DNA of 64,000 nt from assembly GCA_964247055.1 (NCBI GenBank), contig OZ176059.1, forward strand, positions 3,472,001-3,536,000. The letters run 5' to 3'. This document shows, piece by piece, positions 25,570 to 39,629 of this stretch. The DNA comes from Paragordius varius (taxonomy: Eukaryota; Animalia; Nematomorpha). The notes beneath the pieces were generated by a model that worked only from the letters and a program-made list of their open reading frames with translations, made no database searches and had not been told where the DNA came from. Position numbers and translations under genes: made by a program. The stretch's first letter is position 1. Every line of letters begins with the position of its first letter.

Positions 25570-27486
25570 CTTTCTTTCTTCCAAAAAATTTTACAAGAGG
25601 ATGGAGGGCCATCAACGATCAATCTTATATTTTTTTCTATGTTTCTTATACATGCTACGAATATTTATATTTTTATGAACCAAACAATAGACTTATTATA
25701 ATCAGCCCGGGGAGGAGATAATGCATTACCAATAGAGCTTATTAAAAAACAAATATCCTCCCAGTCGGAATTTTCGTCGTGGGAGTCAAGAAGGTTATTA
25801 GAATTAGTGAAAGAAAAAGTAGTTTAATTTAAAGCAGAAATTTACTTTTTATTTGGTGGAAAAGAGTAATCCATGAAGTGGGTTCCTCATCAACACTCTC
25901 CTCCAGAATAGTGAAACGATTAGATAAAGAGACCTCATTTTTAGAAAAGTAATTAAAATAATTTTTGTTTACCGAATAATCACTGGGATTCTGAATATTG
26001 GAATTAATATCCGCACTGGAATTATTGCCTTCATGTCCCTTACCAATGATGTTTGAGATCCCAATCACTTTGGTAGGAGAAGAATTAACTGGAGAGCTGG
26101 GTGGATCAACAAAGTTTACTGAATGGGTTGGAGATGACTCGACAACCTTAGGCTTATTAGACGGATTGAATCGGAGGTTTGACAAACTTAACGGTTTGCT
26201 GTGAGGATGAGGAGGTAGATTATAAGACATTTTATGAGATAGTAGATGCGCTTGGGAAACGACAAGTCACACTCATCACATGCGTGAGGCATTTGGACAA
26301 TAAGAGGAGATTTGGACGCAAAAATGTACTCTTTCATATGTATGCTTGGGTCAATGAATAGATAAAACTTTGTTACAAGATTTGCATATATCAACTATTT
26401 TGATTAGTTATATATGGACCAGCTTAATATGACGTAGAAGAGACTGTCTCTGAGCAGTCCAGGATTTACAACGAAACTGATGATTACAAGATTTAAACGG
26501 GCAAACGAAGTAATTAGGTAAAGCTAAGTAAAAACTTAGGGTTATGTCTTGCAGGGTAGGTTGATGTGGCATCATCACCAATAGGTCGCCATCATTATCA
26601 TCATCATTATTATTTATCTTAAGCATTTTGTTGGCTGGATGGACAAAATCAAGGATGGTCTTGCGTTTGATGTTTGAGCTGGGCGATTTGGTTTGATTGA
26701 TAGTTGAGGGCACGCTGACATAAATTTGGGAACGGATTGCTGGGTATTGGTGTTCATAGAGAGAGCCAATATCAGATGTAGGAGCGGAGGACGGGTTGAC
26801 GCAGTATGATGGATGGCTTTGAGTATTGACCGTGGTGACAGAGGTATGGCAGAAGGTTGTCTTGCAGTATACTGGTTGATTATCAATTTTACTTATTGTA
26901 AGGGGAAACATGATTTGTATGTTGTTGGAGTTATAGATATGGTTGCTTGAAATAATTTCTAAAATAAATATAAACAAAATATAATATAAGGAGAAAATTT
27001 AGAATCAAAGGAATAGATAATAGAAATACATAAAAACCCCATCACATAATTTATATATAACCAAAAGGGGGCTGGGAATTCAGAGATACACGATTAAAAG
27101 TAAAAACAACATGCGATTTAAAGATAAAGAGAGGCTCGAATATCAAATAACAATAAGAAGATGGAGTAAATAAACAAAAACCGTTAAAAAACATGATGTA
27201 GAGCGAAATTTAAGCAAAGGAGTAAAAAAAGGGGGGAAGTATATAAAAACAGCCGTTAGAAAAAAGGTTAGGGAAAGCGCGAAATTTTAAAAAAAGGGGG
27301 TAAACAAAGAAACAATTAAGAGGGGCGCGAAAACCAAAGAGGGAGATTTAATAAGGCAGAAAAATTAAAAAACAAAGTACTAAGTACAAAAGATAATGAA
27401 TTAAAAGGGGGCAGTTATACATTTGCAAAAGTATAAAAAATGGCATGAGATCATGTTCAATTAATTTTATTAAGATTTTAAGGTAG
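25570..27486 (-). mobile_element. 5' half of a Utopia-type non-LTR retrotransposon inserted in U2 (degenerate, truncated before RT)
   Basis: Abuts the U2 5' piece; pyrimidine-rich 5' UTR; CPFKSCNHQFRCKSWTAQRQSLLRHIKLVH, CKSCNK and HACDECDLSF zinc fingers; YKKHRK..IRLIVDGP pre-RT motif. Confidence 0.8.
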
Positions 27487-27521
27487 ACACTTTGATCTTA
27501 GCCAAGAGGCCGAGAAGCGAT
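27487..27521 (-). ncRNA. U2: U2 snRNA 5' fragment (35 nt), interrupted
   Basis: Minus strand reads ATCGCTTCTCGGCCTCTTGGCTAAGATCAAAGTGT, the conserved U2 5' end, and stops within the GUAGUA branch-site recognition sequence. Confidence 0.95.
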
Positions 27522-27562
27522 AACCACATACAAATTTTCATTTTTCAATATAAATTTATTTA

Positions 27563-27583
27563 TTCCGCTAATTTTGGGCATTA
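27563..27583 (-). promoter_or_regulatory. Candidate snRNA proximal sequence element (PSE)
   Basis: TAATGCCCAAAATTAGCGGAA at -62 to -42 from U2 +1; position and first ten bases resemble the insect PSEA (TAATTCCCAA...). Confidence 0.55.
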
Positions 27584-27885
27584 TATCAAAAAAAATATTT
27601 TTGATTTGCAACGCTTATGGTTGAAACAAGCATTTTTTTAGCTATCGAATGATACCGAATACTCTATATATTGTTTGAAATACTATTATTTTGTAATTTT
27701 GTCAATTTTTTATCATCTTTTTCATAAACATGCTTTCTATTATCATTTTATCCATTTGTTTGATTTGTGTGTATTATCTTTCCCACATGTTAAATTATTC
27801 GAATACTAATATCCATATTCTTATTATATTATAATACAGAATTTAATAATTATTAGTACTGAATTTTATATAGTTGTCTTTTGGA

Positions 27886-28380
27886 CAATATTTAATAAAT
27901 CACGATCAATTCAATAAAATGCATAGCTAAAAACATTGGTTTTTTGTTCGAGCTGAATCGGTGTTTGCCATTCTAAAAGGATACTTGCTGGTGGCATTAT
28001 TAATTTTTTGTATTATAGAATATATATATGAATTCAACAATCAACCGTAAAATTCAATAAAATGGGTTAATTTGATAACTGATTCTTTTTTGATTGTTGA
28101 GTCTCAGGATTGTTATAATAATTTTATAAGTAAAAACATTGTCTTTTATTTGAGCCCTAAAATAGGTATCGATTCTAAAAAGAGAATTGCTCTAGGCATT
28201 AATTTCTTGTTTTAAAGATTTATTCTAAATGTATCATTTTATTTAACATCAATACTAAATCATGCAATATTTAATAAATCACGATCAATACAATTAAATA
28301 CATAGCTAAAAATATTGGTTTTTTGTTCGGTCTGAATTGATGTTTGGCATTCTATACTTGCTGGTCGCATTATTAATTAA
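27886..28380. repeat. Local direct duplication (~115-bp unit, ~380-bp period)
   Basis: caatatttaataaatcacgatcaat...tagctaaaaa.attggttttttgttcg...tacttgctggt.gcattattaatt at 27886 and 28266. Confidence 0.9.
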
Positions 28381-28559
28381 TTCGTTCCTAAGGTCTTCCT
28401 TTGCGATGTATAAAGTGGGGATATAAAAGATTATTATGATAGAAATGTATCAGAATTATATTAGTGAACTTGGTTGAAAAATATTTTTACACTTTTGATG
28501 TAACGGTTCATTATCACAGTATGTCAAATTTGCGCCCATTGTGTTAAAATTTTTTTTTA

Positions 28560-28773
28560 ATAAAGGTTACGGTTTATTTGTAAATATCAGTGAATTTTAT
28601 CATAAACTACTTATAAATAGACAAACAGAAATTTTAAATATTTTATTGTTTTGATGTAGACCCCGAAAGTCCCAAATTTTATCGCTCTTCATAAATAAGC
28701 TAATAATTTTAAAATAAACTCGAAAATGCTGAGATTAAATTACCGAGGTGATTAAAATGTTTAACATTATTAT

Positions 28774-28818
<45 letters not shown>

Positions 28819-30060
28819 ATGAGTTATCAAGATTTAAAAAGCATGGTGTTTTTTAAAAAATATTTGTCTATATTTTTACATGTCAATATTTATTCTCATT
28901 TTTATTTTGTTTGACGATATAAATATACGATAGAGCAGTTGATTAATTTGAAATTTTATGTCTAATGTTTGAAAATATTCATACGAAACAATGCCAAAAT
29001 ATATACAACTTATTTGTGTAAACTAAACTTTGGGGTTTTTCTCTCCTATGTGTGATCTTTGATTGTTTTTCTATAAACTAAAATCTTTGCCTTATTAACC
29101 CTTAGAATTTCATTTAAATAAATTAATTTATTATAATAGGTTTTTACAATGTGTTTGGGGTTTATGTTACACACTAATTTCATAAAATAAGCATTTTTAA
29201 GGCGGTTTTATTCAAGAAATTATACAGTAAAATATTAGGTCAATCAATTTCATTTATTGAATTAAGAGTTTAAAGCAGGGGGTCCAGCACAAATGGTGTG
29301 GTTCGCTTTAGCTTATTCCGACGAGCCGCATTTGAATATATGCGGGCATTCATAAAAATCTATTAGATTTCTAACATCAAACTTTAAAAAGAAAACGGAA
29401 TTTAACATTCTCGTTCTTGCTATTTTGATGCACCTATTTTGTAAAAAATTGTTTAAGGGATATCAATTAAACCAAAATTGTGTGAAAACATTTTTGCAAA
29501 TTATAAATACAAATTTTTTTCTGACCGCACTAAAAGTCTCAGATAGCTGCGGTTCCTTAACCTTGGTTTAAAAACATTTGATTTTTAAATTTAAAATGAA
29601 TATCTAAATAAATTTTTCTAACCATTTTTCTGGCCTTTTTTGTCATTTAAAATAAGTAACTGCTTCTCAAAAAGGTGTGATATCAGAATCGCAAATTAAA
29701 AAAATTTTTATTAAAAAAATATTTTTTTAAATTAAACATAATTATGTTTAATGAAAAATTAATAATTACATTAATAACTGATATAATTGTTAATAAATAT
29801 AGGTTGGTAATCTTAAAATAATATTATTAACTATTTTTAAATGTAATATAATATTTATATTAATTTTTAAAAATAATTGTTAAATCATCAAAATAGTAGA
29901 CAAAATATAAAATGAAACGACAGACGATTTATAACCGTTTTTATAAATTGTCTGCTTTTCATTTATTCGAAAAAATATTCAAATTTATTTGAAAAATGGG
30001 TATATTTTTATTTATTGATATAAATAAATATTTCAATTACTTTATTTTAAATTTTATTTC
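28560..30060 (+). repeat. Long repeat unit, forward copy (blocks Z, f, g)
   Basis: gaaagtcccaaatttt, ggcggttttatt, cgacgagccgcatttg, aaggtgtgatatcagaa and aaacgacagacgattt; colinear with 63000-63800. Confidence 0.9.
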
Positions 30061-31089
30061 AATTATTTCCTAAAAAAATTATTTTACAATTTTTTATTTT
30101 TTTAACAATTTAATTATTTTATAATATTTGATATAATTATATAATTTACATTTTTAATATCATTATTTTTCATTACTCGAATTTTTGAAAAAAAATACAA
30201 TATTTAAAATAAATTGTTAATTAATTGAATATATTTATTATTATATAAATTTTAATTATCTTAAATATTCATTAAATAAATTTTCTAATTTCAATAATGT
30301 ATTCCAAACTTATTAAACATCATTACTTGTATATAAAAATTCATAAAGGTTTTTATAATAAATTATTGGTAAATTTTATAAATTGGATCTAATATTAATA
30401 ACATAAATATATGATTTATTTCTCTAATACATTTTTTATTATATTTAAAATTAAAATCACTTTTCTTAAGAAAATGTTTATTTGTTATAACATTTTAAAT
30501 AATTAATTTCCATATAATATAGTTATTTTTAGTATTCATTGTGTTAAAAAAATATTAATCCAGCTTTATCGACTTTATGTAACCTTACATTAATAATGGA
30601 TTTTCATATTTAATTTTCAGTTAGTATAGTTAAAAGTTTATCTTTGCAAAGTTTCTCAAATATTACATTCAAATCGAAATTAACTGACCAAACGTAATAA
30701 TATAAAAACAAATATTTTTTCTATAATATGATTTGTAAACCTATTAATATTTATAACAAATTAAATTTATACCGTATATTGAGTATCCAAATAATAAAAT
30801 CACAAAACGTCCAAAATAATTCATCTCAACTAAAATGAATTTCTTTTCACCTTTTAACCGACACACAAAAGTGATAATATTATGTAAATTATAAAAATTG
30901 TATTTTTCAAAAATTTAAGTAAAGATAAAAATTAATAACTAATTTAATATATACAAATAAAATTAAAAATTAAAATATATAATAATATTAAAAATAAAAA
31001 ATTAAAACAAAATAATAAATATTTTATAATACTTTTAAAAATAAAAAATTAAAATAAAATAATTAAAATATTTCATAATATTAAAAACA

Positions 31090-31250
31090 TTAAATTTTTA
31101 AAATATACCCATTTTCCAAATTGAATATTTTTTCGAATAAATAAAAAGCAGACAATTGAAAAAACCGTTAATAAAATCTGTCGTTTCATTTTACATTTAA
31201 ATTATATTTTTTAGAAAGATTTTTTATAATATAAAACATTTTCAAATGAA
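31090..31250 (-). repeat. Long repeat unit, inverted block g
   Basis: tacccattttccaaat...gcagacaattgaaaaaaccgtt...ctgtcgtttcatttt. Confidence 0.8.
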
Positions 31251-31447
31251 AAAATATATTTCTTAATTAAAAAAATTTAATTTTTCTTCAATCTCAATTT
31301 AAGAGATAAATATTAATATCTTAGTATCGATTTTTATTTATTAATTTTATAAAATATAGTCAAATTAAAGACTATTGTTTTGGGTTGGTAAATTAGGAAA
31401 TCTAATATTTGCTATGTATATATTTAAATCTAAATTGCTTAATATTA

Positions 31448-31485
<38 letters not shown>

Positions 31486-31486
<1 letters not shown>

Positions 31487-31730
31487 CATTTAGAGTTCGA
31501 ATTCACCCTTGTACAATTTTTAATTCACCCTCAAACAATTATTCACCCTACTTTATTTTATATCAAAATATGAAATTCTGGATATTTAATGCTGAAAAAA
31601 TATTATACTTTGTAGTAAAAATATAGTTCATAGATGGATTACCATCCTGATAAAAAATATATTTAGGGTAAATTAGAATTGTTCAAGGGAGCATTTGAAT
31701 TGTTTAAGGGTAATTCCGAATTGTAAATGG
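31486..31730. mobile_element. MITE family 2 (CCATTT...AAATGG TIR with internal subrepeats)
   Basis: ccatttagagttcgaattcaccctt...aagggtaattccgaattgtaaatgg; attcaccct repeated three times. Confidence 0.7.
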
Positions 31731-32479
31731 TATATATAGTGTAAAAAGTTTAGGGTTTTGTCGTTAATAATCATTAAAAAGAAAAAATTAAAAAATAATT
31801 GTATAAAGGCGAAGTTTATTACACATTGATTCTTATAAAAGCTCTGTTTTTGATTAAATCACAAAGCATAAGATATAGCTTGGTACTATATAAAAAATAT
31901 TTTATATCAAACATTGATTTTTCCCAAATAAACTGTATAATTACAATTTAACCATATGATTGATTTATATCAATTTCCCCATTTTTCCACTAAATACGAT
32001 AAAAAGTATCCAAAATAACTAAATTTTAAATAAATAGTTGTCTTTATATATTTACGATTTGTCCGTATAATAACAATTTTTAGAAATGGGAAAGCAATAT
32101 TGTATGCCTATATATGTATATGCACCCTTTTATATATTTTTTCGGGAAGCAAATAGAGAGAATAATTTGAGTGCCAGTAACTTACGGAGGGGCTTAGCCC
32201 GCTAATATCCTAAGTTTTTTACATTTTTATTGAGATTTTGTTGAATGAATAATTAAAGTATTTATTTATAGATAAAAATATAAGTTATTTAAAAGACTTT
32301 AATAGCATCATAGGAATTGTGTTATTTTATATAATTGATAATCATATATAAATATTCAGAGAAGCAATAATTTTCCATTATTTATACCTTTTATAAATAA
32401 ATAATTGTTAAAATATATAAAGTTTATTTTCAAACCAAAATCCATACCGTTAGTAGGGGAACAAACCGATCCTTTAGAT

Positions 32480-33590
32480 CAGGGGTGGCCAACCTATTTT
32501 TCATTTGGGCTACTTTTTCGGGAGAAAATTTCACGCGGGTACGTATAAAAAGATTCATCACATAAATTTTATATTTCTATTTAAGGTTTGGAGTGACTAA
32601 CACTGGGCATTTTAAAATAAATATTACAGAAAATAATTTATTTTTGGGTAAATTATATATATAATATCAATTTTAAAAAATATATAATGGGGATTCAGAA
32701 ACCTCTGGTTGCCAACATCAGTGGACAAATACTAAATTTACATTATTTGATTTATTAAATTAACAATAAATAATTAACTGTACATCTTGCGACTGAAATG
32801 AAAAAAGTGTAGCTCTTAGCAATCTTTAAAATTTACCAGATTCTATGGATTACTTAGCCGGTTTAATACTGCTCAAGATTATCTTGAAAAATGCGTGCCG
32901 CAGTTTTGAGTCTAGTTAAATGTTGACATAGTTAACTAGTTAACACAGGGCTGTTTAAAGATCAGGACAATTTTTACCACAACTATATTTTTTTAACTGA
33001 CGAAAAAATATTTATACCCACAATTAAAAGATCTAGAAATGTTTCCGGATCTTGCTTTTTGTGGCAATATCTCAGAATTGCATTTAAATCAATTAAATAA
33101 CAGTGATTTAAAACATATTTATTGATTAGACGTCATCCGAAATGTTGCGTATAAAAATGTCGATGATATCGGAGAAAAGATTTTTCTTAATACATAAACT
33201 CGAATACATTTCCATTTTTTACCACTGTTTGAATATATGTTGAATGTTAAATTAAAATGTTCTGACATTTTAAAGTAATTTCGCTAGATTTGGATGTCGA
33301 TTAAAAACTAATCAGAGTTCGTTGACATTTGGAATTTCAGTTGAAAATTATCCTGATGTCATATAGACTAGATGTGGAAACACTTGACATTTCTTTAAAA
33401 AAAATTAAGAAGATTGAATACGCCATTTAAAAAGTTTTTTGAAATTGGGTTCATACAAATAAAGTCAGTGAATTCTCAGCCAAGATTCCAAAAGCGTGCT
33501 CTCTGTTTAGTTTTAATACATTAATGTAAAAACAGGTCGATTCACATAAATATAAAAGTTGAAAGTGCAGCAATTCTCCAAATATGTGGG
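32480..33590 (+). mobile_element. hAT (Buster/SPIN-like) transposon relic
   Basis: Left TIR CAGGGGTGGCCAAC; decayed frames with DLAF..DIS.LHLNQLN and PRFQK.AL resemble hAT transposase segments. Confidence 0.55.
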
Positions 33591-33818
33591 TATGTATTTT
33601 TATTTCAGTTAGCTAAATATAAAAATTTGTTAACAGGTAAAAAATTCTATGCAAAATTTTTTACATTTTTTATTTGGACTTATGAAACTCGTATAAAAAA
33701 TATTTTTATTGTCTTAAAATTTAAATCTCTTTATGAATAGTTTTGTGGAAATTCAATTTTAAGAAACATTAAAAACGTCTAATTTTATTATATATATATA
33801 ATAGTAATAGTAATTATA

Positions 33819-34009
33819 CGGACAAAATTCAAACATATTAGACAAATATTTTAAAAGAAATTTGTTTCTATTTAGATTAAAAAATATTAAAAGAGTATAT
33901 TAGATACCAATTATTAATTTTACAAATAAAATAGTTTATGCAAAAAACTTGAATAATAAAAGTATGATTGTCTTTCAAAAAAAATTAACTAAATTTTAAC
34001 GTTCTCCCG
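33819..34009. mobile_element. MITE family 1
   Basis: ta-cggacaaaa ... cgttctcccg-ta. Confidence 0.7.
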
Positions 34010-34250
34010 TATAATTTACGGTAAATGGATGGCTTATTTAATGCTTATTAAAGATACATTTTACATTAATTGATTATTAACTTCATATGGTATTTATTGC
34101 TAAGCGCAAAATATATTTTAAATAAAAATAGAGATTATTTAAATTTTAATATGGTATAAATTGTTTTATATAATTGGGTTCAAACGTTTGCTTTTTGTAC
34201 ACTTGTTTTTTCCCTCAATTGAATTTTTGCATAAAAAATCAACAAAATGA
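34010..34250 (+). repeat. Repeat block V (also ~39630-39900, ~48070-48330, inverted at ~56030-56240)
   Basis: taaatggatggcttatt...gcgcaaaatata...atggtataaa...ttgggttc..acgtttgctttttgtacac. Confidence 0.8.
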
Positions 34251-34499
34251 TTATATAATTATTAATCAATTCATTTTTTACAACTATGATGCCTTTTGCT
34301 TTTATACAAAGCTAATAATATTTAAATATTTATTAAATTATTAAAACAAGACTTATCATGGAATGTATTTTTTGCTATTTTTTGGTAAAAATTTATAGCA
34401 AAATTTATTGTTAATATCATTCATGTTTATATAATTAAAAAAATTTAATTTGCTTTATATTTTATAAGTTATATTTCCTAATAAACTAATTATTTATTT

Positions 34500-35330
34500 T
34501 TTCATTGTGTTTTTTATTCACACGTTACTATGGCCAGCCCAAAAACAATATGAAGCCAACAATAACGTGGGTACTGGGTATATTGTTTCTATATAACAAA
34601 TAGGCTTTTTAATTTAATCGGCGTGCCACGCTTTTTTAATGTAATTGTCAGCTTAAATTTAGTCTATTAAAGTTCTCATCCTAAATAATTGATTGATATG
34701 CTTTGCCAATAATATATATTTTATATAGCAATTTCACACACTGGGAGTTATATTTAAAAATTAGGTTTAAAAAGTATAGCGGTTTTATAAAATACATGTC
34801 TTTACACTTTCACGTTTTACCCGTAGAATTTCAATTTTATATGAGATATTATTATAGATTTGATTATATCTGGATATATGTCATTTCTATTTCTCATTTA
34901 TTGATTCTAAGTGTTTTGTTTATATAAAATGAATATTTTATAATATTATTAATTTTATAATCGTTTAGGTATTTAATATCAACTTTATTATTGTTTTTTA
35001 CACTCTATTCTTTAAAAAGTAGGCCTATAAAATTAAAACTATTTTTAAATTATTTTATTTAATGAATTTTTGAATTTTATAAAAATTTATCTCCCTTACG
35101 GTTTTTTAATCAAGTGTGAAACTTCTATTTATAATATATTAAAAACTTGGAGTATATACAGTACCCACTTTACTTCACAATATTTTAGAATTGGCACTAC
35201 AGTATTGTGTGAATAAAAAATAAAAAACGGTACGAGATGAATATTTTTTCTTATTAAATTCCAACATAAAATTTATTTCTTAATTTATGGACAAAATTGT
35301 TTTATATCATACACTACTATATTGCTTAAA
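34500..35330. repeat. Inverted pair of block A copies (minus at 34500-34680, plus at 35150-35330) around block l
   Basis: gtgggtactg...aatcggcgtgccacgcttttt versus tatacagtacccac; atctggatatatgtcatt lies between them. Confidence 0.75.
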
Positions 35331-36451
35331 AATGAAATAAATGGTTTTTTATAAAGTAGATGGCTCGTATTATTGATTGCACCTTATATTGAATAATAAA
35401 ATAAATGAATAAAAACACAAAGGTACAAAATAAAATAAAATTTGTTTCGTAAACATATTTATACATTTTATAATATATTTTTAAAAATTTTATTTTATAA
35501 CCTAATTAGTTCTAAATAACTAAGGTTTGGTGAAATCTTCCACCTGTTTGATCGAAAAATACTTTAATTTTTATTTCAATAAACAAAAATATCATCATAA
35601 AAATGGAATAATTCCGTTTTCATTATATAAGTAACCCTCTTATTTAAAAAAGGTGAAAAATATTTACATTATAATTGACTAATTATTTGAGGTAGTTTTG
35701 TATCCCAAAGCGATATATCATTATCGGACAAATATTACTACACTATTTGTAAACGCATTCCATTTTTTTAAAAAGTAAAAATAAAATTCTAAAGACACAT
35801 TGATATCAAATTTCTCACCATGTTTTTCTTTATGATAAAAATCAACAATTTCGTTCTCTGTTAATGAATAAGTAAACTGGTCTCCTATAAAAAAATTTAG
35901 CCATCCATTGGATAATTTTTGATTTTACCTTTTTTAAAATTATATAGGCATTAATTACATAATAAAATGTTTAATGTAATACAATGGGTAAATAACCTAA
36001 ATATTGTTTAAATTTTAATGTATATTGGTGAAATAATAAACTATATAGTTAATAATTGTAATTAAATAAATTATATATATTTTATCTTTATATTGCGTTT
36101 TTTTACTTTTTTTATTTTATGCCATTGTTGTTATTTTTAGTCATGGTTTGGTTTGTGGTAAAAGAATGAAAAGGTAAAATTCTAAGGTTTATTTTATTAA
36201 GAAGACAAAATTTTAACCTTCATTTTCGTAAAAGCTATGTTTGCAACTTAAGCGATAAGATAAAATTATGCATCATTTTGTTATAAATTTCTAATTATTT
36301 AGCTTCTCATAGAACCAAATAAAAAATATGAATTTATAAAAATTTGATTTTTGTAACATGAAAGGAATTCAAACAATCTAACATTTATACGAAAAAATAA
36401 TATTCAATAGCATTTAAATAGTTTTAACATAAAGTAAAAAATGAAAATATA

Positions 36452-36690
36452 CGGACAAAACATAAAATATAAGTACAAATTTTTATTTAAAAGTCAACCA
36501 TAATCTTTTAAACATTGATTTTCCCCAATCAACTGTATAGTTATAATTTATATAATAGTGTGGTTTAACGATTTACAATATCCCTATTTTTTAACCAAAA
36601 ACGTTAAAGAGTATTTGAAACAATTAAATTAAAAAAAGTATGTTTGTCTTTTAGAAAAATATATTTGTCTTTATATCTTTACGATTTCTC
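36452..36690. mobile_element. MITE family 1 (homologue at ~31880-32065)
   Basis: ta-cggacaaaacat ... ttgtctttatatctttacgattt. Confidence 0.65.
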
Positions 36691-36744
36691 TATATTTACA
36701 ATTTTTACAAATGGGAAAGTAATAATTGAATACCTAAATATATA

Positions 36745-36973
36745 CGGACAAAACGTAAAATTTTTTTTAAAGACAATCATACTTTATTAAGCTTCATTTT
36801 TGTCAATATAACTCATTGTTTTAAATTGCATATTATGGAATTGATATCTATACTGTGACACAATCAATAATATATTTTATAATTGTAATTATATTTTTTA
36901 TATGAGAATAATACAGATTTGAAAAAGTATGTTATCTTTTGGAAAAAATATTTATATTTTAACGTTTTGTCTG
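36745..36973. mobile_element. MITE family 1
   Basis: ta-cggacaaaacgt ... acgttttgtctg-ta. Confidence 0.75.
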
Positions 36974-39438
36974 TATAATTTCGGTTTTTTTGTATATGCA
37001 TTTTTATATAATATTACTGGAGCCAAAAAGAGAGAATAAGTTTTTATTGATAATTTACGGAGGAGCATAGCCGCTAATAACCTAGCTGGGTTCTGTGTTT
37101 TTAATTTAAATTTTGGTGATTTTAAAAATATATTTATTTATAGGCAAAAATTTATCTAGGTGACTTCAATACAATCATAGGAGAGGGTATTATTTTATAT
37201 AATTGATAAATATAATTTATAACTTTAAAAGTGAAAAAAATGCATATTAACTCTTATAAATAATGAATATTTAAAATACAGTAAGTTTATTTTCAGCTCA
37301 AAATCCACATATCTTATTATTAAATCAATATATATGCTATCAAATGAATGTTTTATGTTTTTATACGATGCCTAAAGCTGCCAGGTTAACATTTAAGTAA
37401 AATTTTTTGAGACAATATTTTTTCAATCTGGATTTTATTTTATATTACTATAGTTAAGATTTGCTTGAAAAATTTTAACAAGTAATATGGCAAAATATAT
37501 TTTATTTTAGTTAAATATAATTCTCTAACCTTTGGAAAACGAAATAGGAGATTCTGCATTTTTAACCATAGAAACTATGATAATCAGCAATGTTATTGAA
37601 AGTGATTGAATTCTTCAGATTGGAGCATATTATGGCAAAATTTGCGAAAAACCTATTCATATAAGTACTTCTTTAAGCGAAGATTTATCAATGATTTTCG
37701 TCTTAATCAAAAATTTTAAAACTCACTCTTAAGATTTCGTATCCATCCATAGGTTAAGATTACTAAATAAATAAAAAAAACATGACGATTTGGGAATCTA
37801 TCGTAGCAATAAAGAACCATGAAACAATGTGTGATAAATTTAGCTTTTCTTTCTCCTACTTATTAATTAGATGACATACATAAAACTCCAAATTATTAAA
37901 AAATAATAAATTCTGAGGGTTAATTAAACAATTTTATTAAATTTGTACTAATTATTAATTACACCGTATTCTTTAGAGTCTATTCTTGCGGTGACTCTTA
38001 GCTTTTATCATAAATAAGAAAATATAACTTTTGTAAATATAAAATATTCATTAACCTATGTAAAATTGGCACAACCAAATCTAAATGTATCATTTATTTA
38101 GGAGTGTTTTTATACTCTTTAGGTTGGTCCTTTAAGACTATATGTTCGTTCGCCGAGATTTGGCAAAAATAATTAATGTATTTGACAACAGGGATGTTCT
38201 TACATGCGAATGATTAAGGAATCCATAATTTGGAGAAAACGCCTATAAAATCCCAGTAGAAGAAGTGAATAAGTTATATCCTATTGGCAAAGAACTAGAA
38301 AAATCATTATATTATGCTTGCATTTAGAGCACAATGTTTGAAAACTAATAAAATATTCCTGAATTTCCATATATGTATCCAATGTAGCCGGCTGAATTTT
38401 TTAAGTCAAAAATGCGGCACGCGAAGCGATTTGTTTTGGACATCCCTGTGCTGATTATACCATTTCAAAATATTTATTTAATAACAAAAATCTAATTTTT
38501 AGCGAAATTTCGTTCATTACTTTCTTCCATTTTATGCATGATGATAACGGTATAGGCTATAAGATACTATTTTTTAATATAAATGAAGCTAAAACTATCA
38601 TCTCAAAATTTTGATTGCCTTTATTTTTAATTTAGATATAAAATGTAAATTACGAGTCACCCAATATAAAATATCGAACATAAGCGAAAAAAAATTTTAT
38701 CGAAGGCCTATGATATCTTATAGCATATTAAGCTTATGTATGAAAGATCATCGTTTAAAAAAGTATGGTGTATTTTTCCAAAAAAAAATATTTGTCTTTT
38801 AGTTTTCAAGTTTTGTTTTTATAATTATAATTTTTACTGTATTTAAAATTATTTAGATTTTCTAGACTCTCTCAAGATTTTGTAAAGTCATTTTCTAACA
38901 GAGGTTTACATTACAATCATATAATATAATTTAATAAATATTTGGCTCAATATTGTATTATAAGCTAATTATAAAAATTAAACTGCGTCCGAAATCGGGG
39001 GTTACAAATAACCTAATCTAATTTATATAATCTGCTAGAAAAATTTATGAATATTATTATAGCGCCTCCAATTAGGGCCCTTACGAGTGATATACAAAAT
39101 TTATTTTCACTTTTGTGCCAAGTGCTCCATGCCGGAAAATGGCAAAATTTGCGCGTATTTTTGTAATAAAATTTTTTGGTGAAAGCTCTGGATTCTTCAG
39201 TCCTTGTTGTGGATTCATCAGTTACACATAATTAATGCGGATTGTCAATGTAGGAATGGTATCAACATCTTGAGACAATTTATATTGAATTACCTATTTA
39301 ACTCGTATCCAAAATTTTCATAGTGGCTTATAAATTTAAATCTGTTTATTGATTAATTTGTCAATATCTAATACAATTTTAAGATTTATTAAGACTAATC
39401 TATAATTTAGATGATATTACACAGAAATCGAAATTATA

Positions 39439-39629
39439 CGGACAAAACAAAATATTAAACAAATATTTAAACGACATTAGTCTTTTTTATTTAAATTGAA
39501 AGTATGAAAAAGAGATTATATTAGACACCAATTATTTTAGAATTGTAATTAAAGTTTTTAGAAAAAACCTGGTTAATAAAGTATGGCTGTCTTTTAAAAA
39601 AATATACCTAAATTTTTAGGTTTTGCTCG
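39439..39629. mobile_element. MITE family 1 (paralogue of 33819-34009)
   Basis: ta-cggacaaaac ... gttttgctcg-ta. Confidence 0.7.
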
